Shown: positions 17,922 to 29,726, numbered from the stretch's first letter. The stretch is 64,000 bases of DNA from an uncultured Sangeribacter sp. (GCA_964574285.1 CAZNMC010000004.1:1447-65446); one strand, 5' to 3'. Translations and numbers: made by a program. Notes: a model not told the origin generated them from the sequence alone.

Positions 17922-19259
17922 ATGACCGATAAAGAAGACAACCTCGACTTAGACATCAAAGACAAATTGATGGAAACGCCCTCTTCTACATTGTCACACA
18001 CTTCACCGACAATGACGGGAGAAGAACTTGTTGACTTTGACAAATCGGAAGATCAACTTGAGGATAAAGTTTTATACGAACAAACGATCGTAACGGATGA
18101 AAAAACCAAACACCCCAATCCTCTTCTAAAAATTCTTTCACCTAAAAGGCTTTTTCCTGCCAATCCTTTCAATCCTCTCGCTCCAAAGATTCTTGACCTA
18201 TACATTTTGCGCAAATTTCTCGGCACTTATGTAATGGCGACATTATTGTTTTTGGCCGTGATCGCGATGTTTGATGTCACAGAAAAATTAGATGCCTTCT
18301 TAACAGCTCCTCTCAAAGAAACTCTCTACGACTATTTTCTCTCCTTCCTCCCATATTTTGCCAATCAGCTTTCACCGCTCTTCGTTTTCATTTCTGTTAT
18401 ATTTTTCACATCCAAACTTGCCGGAAATTCAGAAATTATCGCCATTTTATCTTCAGGAGTAAGTTTCCGTCGCTTACTCCGCCCATATATGGTAGGCGCT
18501 GCAGTAATCGCTGCTTTGACTTTCGTACTTTCAAACCACCTCATTCCTCCCACCAATCAACGACGTATTGACTACACTAACAAATACGTCCGGAACAAAC
18601 GTGTCGATAGCGGCTCGAATATTCAATTAATGGTAAGTCCCGGTGTCGTTGCATACTTTGGCCGATTCGATAACACCACAAAAACCGGTTATCGATTTTC
18701 ACTCGATCGGTTTGATGATAAAATGCTTATGAGCCGGATGACAGCCAATACAATTGTCTACGACACCACTCGCCCCTATCAATGGCAAGTTCGGGACTAT
18801 ATGATACGAGATTTTCAGGGCAATAAAGAGAAAATCAGAAAAGGCGCTCAGCTCGATACTATCATCGCTATCGAACCACGCGACTTTCTGATTTCAGCTA
18901 ATGACCAGGAAACTCTTACGACGCCTCAATTATCCGAATACATCGAAAAGCAACGAATGAGAGGTGTCGCAAATATTAAAGCTTTTGAAATTGAGAAAGA
19001 ACGGAGATATGCTTCTACTGCCGCTGCCTTTATATTGACCCTCATCGGCATGTCCCTATCATCCAGGAAAGTAAAAGGTGGGATGGGACTTAATATTGGC
19101 ATTGGATTGGCTCTCAGTTTCAGCTACATTCTTTTCTCATCTGTCACAAGCTCTTTGGCAGTCTCCGGAATTACTACTCCATTTATCGCAATGGAAATCC
19201 CAAACGTTGTTTATTTGATAATTGGAATTTTCCTATACCGCAGAGCTTCAAAATACTAA
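17922..19259 (+). CDS. LptF/LptG family LPS export permease with N-terminal extension
   Basis: KILDLYILRKF, SEIIAILSSGVS...RPY; 3 TM + periplasmic domain + 3 TM layout. Confidence 0.9.
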   Translation: MTDKEDNLDLDIKDKLMETPSSTLSHTSPTMTGEELVDFDKSEDQLEDKVLYEQTIVTDEKTKHPNPLLKILSPKRLFPANPFNPLAPKILDLYILRKFLGTYVMATLLFLAVIAMFDVTEKLDAFLTAPLKETLYDYFLSFLPYFANQLSPLFVFISVIFFTSKLAGNSEIIAILSSGVSFRRLLRPYMVGAAVIAALTFVLSNHLIPPTNQRRIDYTNKYVRNKRVDSGSNIQLMVSPGVVAYFGRFDNTTKTGYRFSLDRFDDKMLMSRMTANTIVYDTTRPYQWQVRDYMIRDFQGNKEKIRKGAQLDTIIAIEPRDFLISANDQETLTTPQLSEYIEKQRMRGVANIKAFEIEKERRYASTAAAFILTLIGMSLSSRKVKGGMGLNIGIGLALSFSYILFSSVTSSLAVSGITTPFIAMEIPNVVYLIIGIFLYRRASKY

Positions 19260-19277
19260 GACCGAATCCCGCTTCCT

Positions 19278-20873
19278 CTATTCCCGAGCTCCGAGTTCAC
19301 TCGAAAAACGGAAGCGAATCTTGGGGAAGTCACTTTGAGCCATTTGCAACACATAATTGCTGTCCGCGAGAAACACATCCCGACCATCCTTATCAGTGGC
19401 CATAAATTGATGTTTGCGCTTTTTAAACGCAGCCAAAGCCTCCGGATCATCACTATCTATCCAACACGCTTTATACAAACTTATCGGCTCCCAGCGACAT
19501 TGTGCTCCATATTCATGCAAGAGCCTATATTGAATTACTTCAAATTGAAGTTGGCCTACTGTCCCGATAATTTTTCTTCCGTTAAACTGACTGGTAAATA
19601 GTTGAGCTACACCCTCGTCCATCAACTGGCGAATTCCCTTTTCAAGCTGCTTCGATTTCATCGGATCAGCGTTTTCAATGTATTTAAACATCTCTGGCGA
19701 AAAGGATGGTAATCCCTTAAAATGAATCTCCTCTCCCGAAGTCAACGTGTCTCCGATCTTGAAATTCCCCGTATCCGGAATACCCACAATATCTCCCGGG
19801 AAAGCTTCATCAACTACACTCTTTTTCTGAGCCATAAAAGCAGTGGGAGATGCAAAACGCAGTTGCTTTCCCAAACGGACATGGTGGTAATTCACGTTTC
19901 GCTCAAACTTCCCCGAACATACCTTAACAAAGGCAATACACGAACGGTGATTTGGATCCATATTTGCGTGAATTTTAAATACAAATCCACTAAATGATTC
20001 CTCTTCGGGCTTCACTTCCCGTTCAACCGCCCGAATCGGTTGAGGAGCTGGTGCAATCTCAACAAAACAATCCAAAAGCTCTTTAACGCCAAACGTGTTG
20101 AGGGCAGATCCAAAAAAGACAGGTGCTAATTCTCCACGCAAATATGCCTCTTTGTCAAAAGTAGGATAGACGCCTTCAATGAGTTCCAAATCTTCGCGCA
20201 ACTTGGAGGCATCTGACTCCCCTATAAGCCGGTCGACCTCCGGAGAGGTAACATCTGCTATTTCTACACGCTCCGAAACCGTCTGCTTCGATGGTGTGAA
20301 AAGATCAAGCCCCTGTTCATATATATTATATACTCCCTTGAACTTAGCTCCGATATTGATCGGCCACGATAACGGACGAACTTTAATCTTCAGCTCATGT
20401 TCAAGCTCATCAAGAATATCAAAGGGATCTCGACCTTCCCGATCCAATTTATTGACAAAAATGATAACCGGTGTGTTGCGCATGCGACAAACCTCCATAA
20501 GTCTACGGGTTTGTGTTTCCACACCCTTTGCAACGTCCACCACAATAATTACCGAGTCAACTGCTGTCAGAGTTCTGAAAGTATCTTCAGCAAAATCCTG
20601 GTGACCGGGGGTATCAAGAATATTAATTTTGAAATCACGATAATTAAACCCCATCACAGACGTTGCCACAGAAATGCCACGTTGCTTCTCAATTTCCATC
20701 CAGTCGGATGTCGCTGTCTTTTTTATCTTATTACTCTTTACAGCGCCCGCTACATGAATAGCTCCCCCGAAAAGAAGAAGCTTCTCAGTAAGAGTGGTTT
20801 TTCCAGCATCAGGGTGCGAAATGATAGCAAATGTGCGACGTCGTGAGGTTTGGGCTGTTATCTCTTCGCTCAT
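19278..20873 (-). CDS. prfC: Peptide chain release factor 3
   Basis: [40 protein letters not shown]. Confidence 0.98.
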   Translation of the reverse strand: MSEEITAQTSRRRTFAIISHPDAGKTTLTEKLLLFGGAIHVAGAVKSNKIKKTATSDWMEIEKQRGISVATSVMGFNYRDFKINILDTPGHQDFAEDTFRTLTAVDSVIIVVDVAKGVETQTRRLMEVCRMRNTPVIIFVNKLDREGRDPFDILDELEHELKIKVRPLSWPINIGAKFKGVYNIYEQGLDLFTPSKQTVSERVEIADVTSPEVDRLIGESDASKLREDLELIEGVYPTFDKEAYLRGELAPVFFGSALNTFGVKELLDCFVEIAPAPQPIRAVEREVKPEEESFSGFVFKIHANMDPNHRSCIAFVKVCSGKFERNVNYHHVRLGKQLRFASPTAFMAQKKSVVDEAFPGDIVGIPDTGNFKIGDTLTSGEEIHFKGLPSFSPEMFKYIENADPMKSKQLEKGIRQLMDEGVAQLFTSQFNGRKIIGTVGQLQFEVIQYRLLHEYGAQCRWEPISLYKACWIDSDDPEALAAFKKRKHQFMATDKDGRDVFLADSNYVLQMAQSDFPKIRFRFSSELGARE

Positions 20874-20915
20874 AGCGTTGATTTCTTAAATTTTTACAAA
20901 TTCTAAATTTAGTTA

Positions 20916-21785
20916 TTAAAGTCGGGAGAGACACAATCTCAATGAGTCGCGCCAGTAAGGAATTTTCACTCCATACACTCGCTCTATCTTAGATTTATCC
21001 AAAACCGAATAGGGTGGTCGAGGTGCTACCGAAGGATAATCGCGAGTGCGGCAAGGATATATCTTCGCTGGAATACCCGACATTTCCGTTATGGCAATCG
21101 CAAAGTCATACCACGAAGCGACTCCATGATCCGTAAAATGATAGACGCCGGGGTGCCAGTGGGGATGAGTGATGATATGGCATATCGCTTCGGCCAAATC
21201 CCCGGCATAAGTTGGTGATCCTATCTGATCCGCCACCACCTTAAGCTCTCCCTTTTCGCGAGCCTTCCTCGAAATAGTACGCACAAAATTTGTTCCAAAC
21301 TCCGAATAGAGCCATGCTGTCCGAATGACGACAGCATCCGGACAAAATGAAAGCAGCAGACCCTCTCCTTCAAGTTTTGTGCGCCCATAGACAGACGTAG
21401 GATATGGTTCGTCGATTTCATCATAAGGGCTATGATGGTGGCCCGAGAAGACATAGTCCGTGGAGATATGGACAACCTTTGTCCGGGATGTTCGGGCAGC
21501 CCGAGCTATATTCCCTACTGCTTCTGTATTAATTTTAGCCGCCATAACTTCGTCTGACTCTGCTCGGTCTACTGCTGTGTATGCCGCACAGTTAACCACA
21601 AAGTCATAGCCTCCTTCGATGATTTCTCGTTCCACTGCCTCCCGATCTGTAAGATCAAGTTCTTCCACATCGGTAAGGATAAGTTCAAGCTGCGGATAAG
21701 AAGCCGACGCTCGCTCAAAGCATCGACCTAATTGGCCCCGGGAACCACAGACAAGTATGCGGGTTTTGGAAGATGAATGACTCAT
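20916..21785 (-). CDS. rfbD: dTDP-4-dehydrorhamnose reductase
   Basis: GSRGQLG, NCAAYTAVD, ISTDYVF, YGRTK, DQIGSPT, APRP. Confidence 0.95.
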   Translation of the reverse strand: MSHSSSKTRILVCGSRGQLGRCFERASASYPQLELILTDVEELDLTDREAVEREIIEGGYDFVVNCAAYTAVDRAESDEVMAAKINTEAVGNIARAARTSRTKVVHISTDYVFSGHHHSPYDEIDEPYPTSVYGRTKLEGEGLLLSFCPDAVVIRTAWLYSEFGTNFVRTISRKAREKGELKVVADQIGSPTYAGDLAEAICHIITHPHWHPGVYHFTDHGVASWYDFAIAITEMSGIPAKIYPCRTRDYPSVAPRPPYSVLDKSKIERVYGVKIPYWRDSLRLCLSRL

Positions 21786-22327
21786 TTGAAGAGTTCGTTA
21801 TTAAAATCCTTTTTATAATAACCTGCGAGTAAAGCCAAAAAACGTGAGATTTGCTTGGCTGCTTCCGATGTCTCTTTACTAATTTCCTTCCCTCGAAGGC
21901 GTAGCATCATCAATCCATAAAGGGCATTGAAACAACTTTCAATTTCCCCGGGCTTTTCATCTCCGGCTTTAGCTCGAATTTCTACAATATAAGGCAGTGT
22001 TCGGTAAAATTCCGCTGCATAATCCGCAAATTGAGGGTCCGATAGCAGTTTCTTATGCAAATCGTTGAGTTGGATGATGACATTCTTTGTCAGCTGCAGA
22101 TGGCCTTTTTGAGCCACCCCCTCTCGACGCATCATGTCTGCCAGCGACTCATACCAATCTTCAAGCTGCTTCTGCTGCTCAGGACTAAGAGAAGTATATT
22201 TTTCAATTATTTCTTTGTGGATTCGATCCGTATCCAATTCGCAGGCACGAATCAAATCTTCTATCTGCCACATATAAAGCAGATATTCCGCGATATTCTC
22301 TCTTTTTTTTTCAGATGCGATAAACAT
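21782..22327 (-). CDS. DUF4924-like conserved Bacteroidetes protein
   Basis: ENIAEYLLYMWQIEDLIRA and GHLQ motifs; overlaps the rfbD start as in other Bacteroidales. Confidence 0.8.
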   Translation of the reverse strand: MFIASEKKRENIAEYLLYMWQIEDLIRACELDTDRIHKEIIEKYTSLSPEQQKQLEDWYESLADMMRREGVAQKGHLQLTKNVIIQLNDLHKKLLSDPQFADYAAEFYRTLPYIVEIRAKAGDEKPGEIESCFNALYGLMMLRLRGKEISKETSEAAKQISRFLALLAGYYKKDFNNELFK

Positions 22328-22364
22328 ATCTGTTTGCGTTTAGCCTATAAGCTCATTTGGAATG

Positions 22365-22444
22365 CAAAATTAAGAAAATCTCATGACATAAACGCGATGG
22401 AAGACCCGGAATCGCTTGCCTTTCGTGAAAAATGAGTAACTTTG
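22365..22444. promoter_or_regulatory. Divergent promoter pair (DUF4924 operon / ABC-F)
   Basis: TAATTTTG on minus (22372-22365) and TAACTTTG on plus (22437-22444). Confidence 0.6.
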
Positions 22445-22468
22445 CATTCGAGTTTTCAAATCGTATAA

Positions 22469-24094
<1,626 letters not shown>

Positions 24095-24115
24095 TCTTCC
24101 CTCCTAATCTTACCT

Positions 24116-24159
24116 AATTAAGTGGGTGTACTAAAAATTTTTAGTACACCCACTTAATT
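24116..24159. repeat. Perfect 44-bp palindrome between convergent genes (likely bidirectional terminator / REP-like element)
   Basis: AATTAAGTGGGTGTACTAAAAA immediately followed by its exact reverse complement TTTTTAGTACACCCACTTAATT. Confidence 0.9.
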
Positions 24160-24185
24160 TAAAGGATATTATGACTTCTTATCTC

Positions 24186-26267
24186 TTAGTTGGAGAAAGG
24201 AGTTGAATAGTTTGAACCGGCAGCCGGAGTAAGACCCTGAAGTTGGAACCATGTTGTAGGCGTTCCTCCATTCTTAATATTGTCATATACATTCAGCAGA
24301 AGGGGGCCGACAACATTATTGGAACTTACATTGATAGCACCAAACACTTCATTAGCGGCATCCACCACATTCGCCATATCGATAGTGTTTTTATAGATAT
24401 TGATGGTAGGAACAGCTGACTCAACCGATAAGAAGCGGGTCACGCGAATACCATACTCAATCGGAGTAACATTATTATTAAAAATATCTACCGTGCCACA
24501 TGGGTAGCCAATTTTGATGCCGTCATGACCACATTTTGTAATAGTATTTCCGGAGAGGGAAATAGTGCTGGCATTCATCGCATCAGTTGTAAATTGATCA
24601 CTGTTTGATATATTACTCATAAAGGCAAGTGTGATGCCGTGATAGGAAGCTCCGGTAATAGTGTTTCCTTCTATAATGTAGGAGCCTGGAGTAGCATCGG
24701 CAATATTAATTGCATTCTCATTTGCTTTTACACCTGAGGTAGCAAATGTAATAGTGTTATTGCGAATAACAAAGTCATTGTTGATGCTACCCTTTTTCAC
24801 GTGCTGTTGAGCGGAAAGAGCTCCCGTGATTAGATTTGTGAAAACACAGTTTTCTATCGTCAGTCCCGATACGGTGCCGGGATCACCGGTATACTGCACA
24901 TTAATACCGTTGCCTTCAAAATGAACTCCAATGAAGGATAAATTCTTAATCTCTTTTATATTACTAGCATAGAAACTAATACCCTTAGAAGCATTTGCAG
25001 CCGGGGCAGTCGGATCGCCCTCAATTGTCAGGTTGTAAATAGGAGTGCCGGCCGTGGTAACAAATGTCGGGAAAACTACATCTTTACCCACTTTAATGGT
25101 CAACGGTGCTGTCTCAGCAAAAGCTCTGTTAGATCCAACTTTAATTGAACCTACTGAAGCACCGTCTGAAAGAATAATTTCTGTCGGTTGGGTATTGGAA
25201 AGGTTAGTGAGGTCAAGAGCGTCAGTAGTGCCATTGAAAACCACAGACGAGTTGCTATTAAGAGCCTCAAGAGCCTTTTCAGGATCAGATATAGGTTTGG
25301 AATCCATTAATCCTCCGAAAGCTGGAGAAATTGCTACTGTGAATGAATTTTTGGCAGTCAAAAGCGACCCGTAGACATTAGTTTGGTAATTTGAACGAGT
25401 TGGCATACCGGAGAGATTGAGCTGATTGACCATCGTTCCGCTTGCTGTCACACTATATTCAGCATTAAGTAGGGTAGCCTCCGTAGCTGCCGGATTCACG
25501 AGAAGATAATTCATCTCGAGATAGGTGTAAGGAACATTTGCAGCGGTATTAACCGGGAAAGTACCGTCAACTGAGCCGGCGAGCGAAGCAAGTGAGAAAG
25601 TCACAGGAGTTGTTTGGGCGGTAGTTGTCCCACTGAGGAAGTTCACCCCGGAGAGAAGTCCGGATGTGATAGTAAAGCTACTTTTATAATTATCCAGTCC
25701 TACATTTTCAACTACCCCTTTTTCGCTATCGTCCGTGCCGAAGTTCACCTGAGCGAAAACGCGGGTGAGATTAACAGTCTTTCCGGAGGACATAGAGGAA
25801 ATATTAGGTTCTACCGTGTAGAATGCATCGTAAGCATCATTGTTGGTCATATCCTCGCCATAATTCACCGAGAAATCAGCGGTCGAAGGGTTGTATGAAT
25901 AGTTGGTTGTAGAAGTGGTTACACTCTCGTTCAGTTCAGTAGTTACACTTCCATTGCAGGCGAAGAAAACCACTTGATATTCTTGGCCGGGAACGAGATT
26001 TAAATCAACCGTGGTGGAAGACTGACCTTTCGGCCAAGTCATGCTACCATAATCCAGCACCTTTGGAGTTTCCCCGGTAGAGCAAATGGAATAATAAAGT
26101 TGGTCAATATTATTTCCGGTGGCAAAACGAGTGGCAAGTTCTGCGGGCAGCTGGACGGTAAGGGATACTTTTCCGTCGCCGCTCGAAATTCCGGGTTCTT
26201 CGGCCGAGCAAGAAGCAAGCGCCAATGCCGAACCTAAAAAGAGTGTGGAATAAATAAATTTCTTCAT
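24186..26267 (-). CDS. Surface lipoprotein: type V pilin/fimbrillin-like (DUF6562-like) N-terminal region plus right-handed beta-helix
   Basis: Lipobox LASC with acidic export signal SAEE. ATR processing site, DAFY, LTRVFAQVNFGTDD and NYQTNVYGSLLT. C-terminal repeats IENCVF / IRNNTI / IEGNTI / LSGNTI / IFNNNV / IYKNTI. Confidence 0.75.
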   Translation of the reverse strand: MKKFIYSTLFLGSALALASCSAEEPGISSGDGKVSLTVQLPAELATRFATGNNIDQLYYSICSTGETPKVLDYGSMTWPKGQSSTTVDLNLVPGQEYQVVFFACNGSVTTELNESVTTSTTNYSYNPSTADFSVNYGEDMTNNDAYDAFYTVEPNISSMSSGKTVNLTRVFAQVNFGTDDSEKGVVENVGLDNYKSSFTITSGLLSGVNFLSGTTTAQTTPVTFSLASLAGSVDGTFPVNTAANVPYTYLEMNYLLVNPAATEATLLNAEYSVTASGTMVNQLNLSGMPTRSNYQTNVYGSLLTAKNSFTVAISPAFGGLMDSKPISDPEKALEALNSNSSVVFNGTTDALDLTNLSNTQPTEIILSDGASVGSIKVGSNRAFAETAPLTIKVGKDVVFPTFVTTAGTPIYNLTIEGDPTAPAANASKGISFYASNIKEIKNLSFIGVHFEGNGINVQYTGDPGTVSGLTIENCVFTNLITGALSAQQHVKKGSINNDFVIRNNTITFATSGVKANENAINIADATPGSYIIEGNTITGASYHGITLAFMSNISNSDQFTTDAMNASTISLSGNTITKCGHDGIKIGYPCGTVDIFNNNVTPIEYGIRVTRFLSVESAVPTINIYKNTIDMANVVDAANEVFGAINVSSNNVVGPLLLNVYDNIKNGGTPTTWFQLQGLTPAAGSNYSTPFSN

Positions 26268-26462
26268 TTAAAGATATGTTTTAACAATTAATATATTTAA
26301 AATTAATTTACAAAGATACACACAAAAATCTAAATCACTATTTTTTAGAGAGAAAATTTTCCAAAAAATATTGATTTAGAAAATAAGTTTATAATTTGAT
26401 CGCGATTTTATTTTGATTGCCGATAAATTATATCGTGGGTATATTCTAACGTGGGGGAGTTA

Positions 26463-26508
26463 TTCTTTTAACTTCTTTATAATCTTTCTTTTAACTTCTT
26501 TATAATCT
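26463..26508. repeat. Exact 23-bp tandem duplication
   Basis: TTCTTTTAACTTCTTTATAATCT x2 (26463-26485, 26486-26508). Confidence 0.95.
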
Positions 26509-26539
26509 AAGGGGTAAATTTCTATTGATTGGAAACTAC

Positions 26540-27022
26540 TTAGAACACATAACCAAAACCAACAGAAGCCCATGCACCTCCAGTATCTTTCATAAGAGAA
26601 TATTTCCCTTGCAAAGAGATTTTAAGTTGAGACGTAAGTCGAATGTCGAATCCTCCACCAAAATCGAAACCTAACCGGCTTCGTGAAGATGAGGAAGAAT
26701 AACTCCAATTGTTGAAAGTAAGACCAGCTAAGGGATAGATGTGAAAAGCTTTAGCTACCCGAAATGGGAACTGCATATCAATTGAACCCGCAACTCCGGT
26801 TTTCCCATGATTTCGAAAAGCAAATCCGAACTCCGGTGCTATTCTAACATGATTAGCAAAAGAATATTGGAAATAGACCGAGACGGTGCCGCTTTCATTA
26901 TAACTGGCAAATCCACCGGCAACTCCCAAAGTTTTCTCTCCCCTCTGAGCATTCGCCACGAAAGGAATAATAACCATGATAATCAAGAGGAAAAAGGAAA
27001 TGGAACGAGAGCGAGTTGTCAT
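26540..27022 (-). CDS. Small (8-stranded) outer-membrane beta-barrel protein
   Basis: Signal peptide ANA-Q, alternating amphipathic strands, C-terminal BAM-type signal GFGYVF. Confidence 0.85.
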   Translation of the reverse strand: MTTRSRSISFFLLIIMVIIPFVANAQRGEKTLGVAGGFASYNESGTVSVYFQYSFANHVRIAPEFGFAFRNHGKTGVAGSIDMQFPFRVAKAFHIYPLAGLTFNNWSYSSSSSRSRLGFDFGGGFDIRLTSQLKISLQGKYSLMKDTGGAWASVGFGYVF

Positions 27023-27083
27023 TTTTTCGAGTCGATATAGTTTATCAAATGAAGAAGTAATTATTTATACGGTTAAAACATTT

Positions 27084-27111
27084 CAAAAGTATAAAAGGTT
27101 TTGTAACTTTG
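27084..27111. promoter_or_regulatory. Closely spaced divergent -7 boxes (OMP / nadE)
   Basis: TACTTTTG on minus (27091-27084) and TAACTTTG on plus (27104-27111). Confidence 0.6.
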
Positions 27112-27141
27112 CTTTTCAAACTAAATGCTTCCGAGACTCAC

Positions 27142-29058
27142 ATGAGAAATTTATCATATTTACGCGTCGGAGCGGCTGCTCCGGAAGTAAAACCGGCAGA
27201 TGTGGAGTTCAATCTGCAATCGCATCGCATAATCGTGGATGAATGTCTGAAACAAGAAACGGATTTGTTAGTTCTTCCAGAATTGGGGTTGACCGCCTAT
27301 ACTTGTGGAGATCTGTTTCGGTCGTCGCTTCTTTTGGACAGTGCTGAAGAAGCTGCTATTTCGCTTGCCAATGCCACTAAAGGGACAAAAATGACAATAG
27401 CCTTTGGAGCACCTTTGCGATGCATGGGGCGATTATTCAATTGCGCAGTTATCGCATCGGAGGGTGAAATTAAGGGGGTTATACCCAAGACATACCTCCC
27501 GAGTTATAATGAATTTTATGAACCTCGATGGTTTACATCAGCCCGCGACATTCCAACATGGATAAAAACTATTCGAATCGGTGAAAAAGAGATTCCATTT
27601 GGCACTGACATTTTATTTACGGTCGGGGAGGTAAAAGTGGCAGTAGAAATATGTGAAGACTTATGGGTTCCGGTTTCTCCAAGCAGCCTGGCAGCAGCCG
27701 CGGGAGCCACTGTCACACTTAACCTATCGGCCTCCCCTCGTCTGATAGGTAAGCATGACTATCTGAGAACCCTTGTGACCACACAAAGTGCCCGGTGTCG
27801 GGGAGTTTATGCATATGCTTCGTCCGGCCACGGAGAGTCTTCTACAGATCTGGTATTCTCCGGTGACACGTTCATTGCGGAAGACGGACACCTTCTTGCT
27901 GAAGCCTGCAACGCTCTTGCATTAGCTGACACAGATACTGAGCGATTGGCGGATGATCGCCGGTGGATGCAAACATTCTCCCAAATCGCTCCTCTGCTTC
28001 CATCCTATCGAATTGTGGAGTGTGCCACCCCCAACCGACAACCGATAGAATCTGATCTTCTTCGGCAGATAGACTCGATGCCGTTTGTACCTTCCGATTC
28101 TGACAAACTTGCTTCTCGATGCAATGAGATTCTGGACATCCAAACCTTAGGGCTTACGCGCCGACTTGAGGCCACAGGATGTAAAAGTGTCACTATCGGT
28201 ATTTCGGGAGGGCTGGATTCCACACTGGCACTTCTTGTTACGGTACGCGCTTTCGACCGTCTCGGTATTCCCCGAAGCAATATCCACGCAGTCACAATGC
28301 CGGGGTTCGGCACCACCAGACGCACCCATACCAATGCTGAAGAAATTATGAATCATCTTGGGGTGCATGCTATTGAAATTCCCATATCGAATGCAGTAAA
28401 TCAACATTTTGCAGATATTGGTCACGATTCTACCCAACACGACATAACTTATGAAAATTCGCAGGCTCGTGAACGGACTCAGATTCTTATGGACTATGCC
28501 AATCGAACGGGAGGCATGGTGGTTGGGACAGGCGATCTCTCTGAACTCGCCCTTGGATGGTGTACTTATAATGCTGATCAAATGTCAATGTATGGAGTGA
28601 ATGCGTCCGTACCGAAAACATTGGTTCGTTATCTGGTGAGTCATTACGCGCTAAGTCTTCCGGAAAATTCACCTCTGCGGGACGCACTTCTCGATATTGC
28701 AGATACTCCAATAAGTCCGGAATTAATTCCGGCAGATGAAAAGGGAGAAATTGCCCAGAAAACTGAAGATCTCGTCGGGCCATACGATCTTCATGATTTT
28801 TTTCTGTACAACACACTTCGCTACTCGTTCTCTCCGAAAAAAATTCGTGCTCTCGCTCTAAAAGCTTTTGCAGAAAGATTTGACGAAGACACTATCGACC
28901 ATTGGCTTAAGGTATTTGTCCGTCGATTCTTCAGTCAGCAATTTAAACGCTCTTGCATGCCCGACGGGCCCAAGGTAGGAAGTGTTTGCCTTTCTCCCCG
29001 TGGTGACTGGCGAATGCCATCGGATGCTTCCGCGTCCTTATGGAAATCGGATTGCTGA
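27142..29058 (+). CDS. nadE: Glutamine-dependent NAD+ synthetase
   Basis: Nitrilase domain (LPEL, PKTYLP..EFYE, EICEDLW) plus synthetase domain (GISGGLDS, ENSQARER, SQQFKRS). ATG 27142 chosen because TTG 27109 lies inside the -7 box. Confidence 0.97.
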   Translation: MRNLSYLRVGAAAPEVKPADVEFNLQSHRIIVDECLKQETDLLVLPELGLTAYTCGDLFRSSLLLDSAEEAAISLANATKGTKMTIAFGAPLRCMGRLFNCAVIASEGEIKGVIPKTYLPSYNEFYEPRWFTSARDIPTWIKTIRIGEKEIPFGTDILFTVGEVKVAVEICEDLWVPVSPSSLAAAAGATVTLNLSASPRLIGKHDYLRTLVTTQSARCRGVYAYASSGHGESSTDLVFSGDTFIAEDGHLLAEACNALALADTDTERLADDRRWMQTFSQIAPLLPSYRIVECATPNRQPIESDLLRQIDSMPFVPSDSDKLASRCNEILDIQTLGLTRRLEATGCKSVTIGISGGLDSTLALLVTVRAFDRLGIPRSNIHAVTMPGFGTTRRTHTNAEEIMNHLGVHAIEIPISNAVNQHFADIGHDSTQHDITYENSQARERTQILMDYANRTGGMVVGTGDLSELALGWCTYNADQMSMYGVNASVPKTLVRYLVSHYALSLPENSPLRDALLDIADTPISPELIPADEKGEIAQKTEDLVGPYDLHDFFLYNTLRYSFSPKKIRALALKAFAERFDEDTIDHWLKVFVRRFFSQQFKRSCMPDGPKVGSVCLSPRGDWRMPSDASASLWKSDC

Positions 29059-29144
29059 AGAGGTGACCTTAAAAAGAATCGATTTAATCATTGCCACATG
29101 AAAAATTTTTCGTAATTTTGAAGTGAAATCGATTCGCGTTAATC

Positions 29145-29726
29145 ATGAAAATTATTGATGAATCTTTCTCCAGCTCTTTAGCTATAGCCTTGGAAACCCT
29201 CCGAAGTGGGGGAGTTATATTGTATCCGACCGACACCGTATGGGGCATTGGTTGCGATGCTACCAATGCGCACGCGGTAGACCGGATCATTGAAATCAAA
29301 CAGAGGGTCGAGGGTAAAGCTATGTTGTCGCTGGTGGATTCCCCTGCCATGCTTGATCGATGGGTCAAGGATGTTCCTGAAATCACATTCGATCTTCTGG
29401 AAGCCGCTACTGAGCCACTGACTGTCATTTTGGATTCTCCTCAGGGCTTGGCCTCCCAACTTCTCGCAAGTGACGGGTCGGCTGGTTTTCGCGTTACAAA
29501 TGAAAACTTCTCCCGAGAACTTGTCCGACGCCTGAGACGCCCGGTCGTATCCACGTCAGCTAACTTCAGTGGAGAGAAAGCAGCAACCGATTTTGAATCC
29601 ATTGATTCAAAAATAATTTCAGCAGTAGATTATGTTTGCGACTATGGGCGTGAACTTGGAAAAGGAGCAAAACCTTCTGGAATTATAAAAATAAGTGCCG
29701 GTGGGGTTTTTAAAATTATCCGATAA
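29145..29726 (+). CDS. tsaC: L-threonylcarbamoyladenylate synthase (Sua5/YrdC/TsaC)
   Basis: YPTDTVWGIGC, IKQR, STSANFSG, PSGII. TAATTTTG -7 box at 29113-29120. Confidence 0.92.
   Translation: MKIIDESFSSSLAIALETLRSGGVILYPTDTVWGIGCDATNAHAVDRIIEIKQRVEGKAMLSLVDSPAMLDRWVKDVPEITFDLLEAATEPLTVILDSPQGLASQLLASDGSAGFRVTNENFSRELVRRLRRPVVSTSANFSGEKAATDFESIDSKIISAVDYVCDYGRELGKGAKPSGIIKISAGGVFKIIR

Noticed and set aside
20916-21785. rfbD as a marker of a polysaccharide locus
   Set aside because: The DUF4924-rfbD-prfC arrangement is a routine Bacteroidales core context with no other rml or GT genes.
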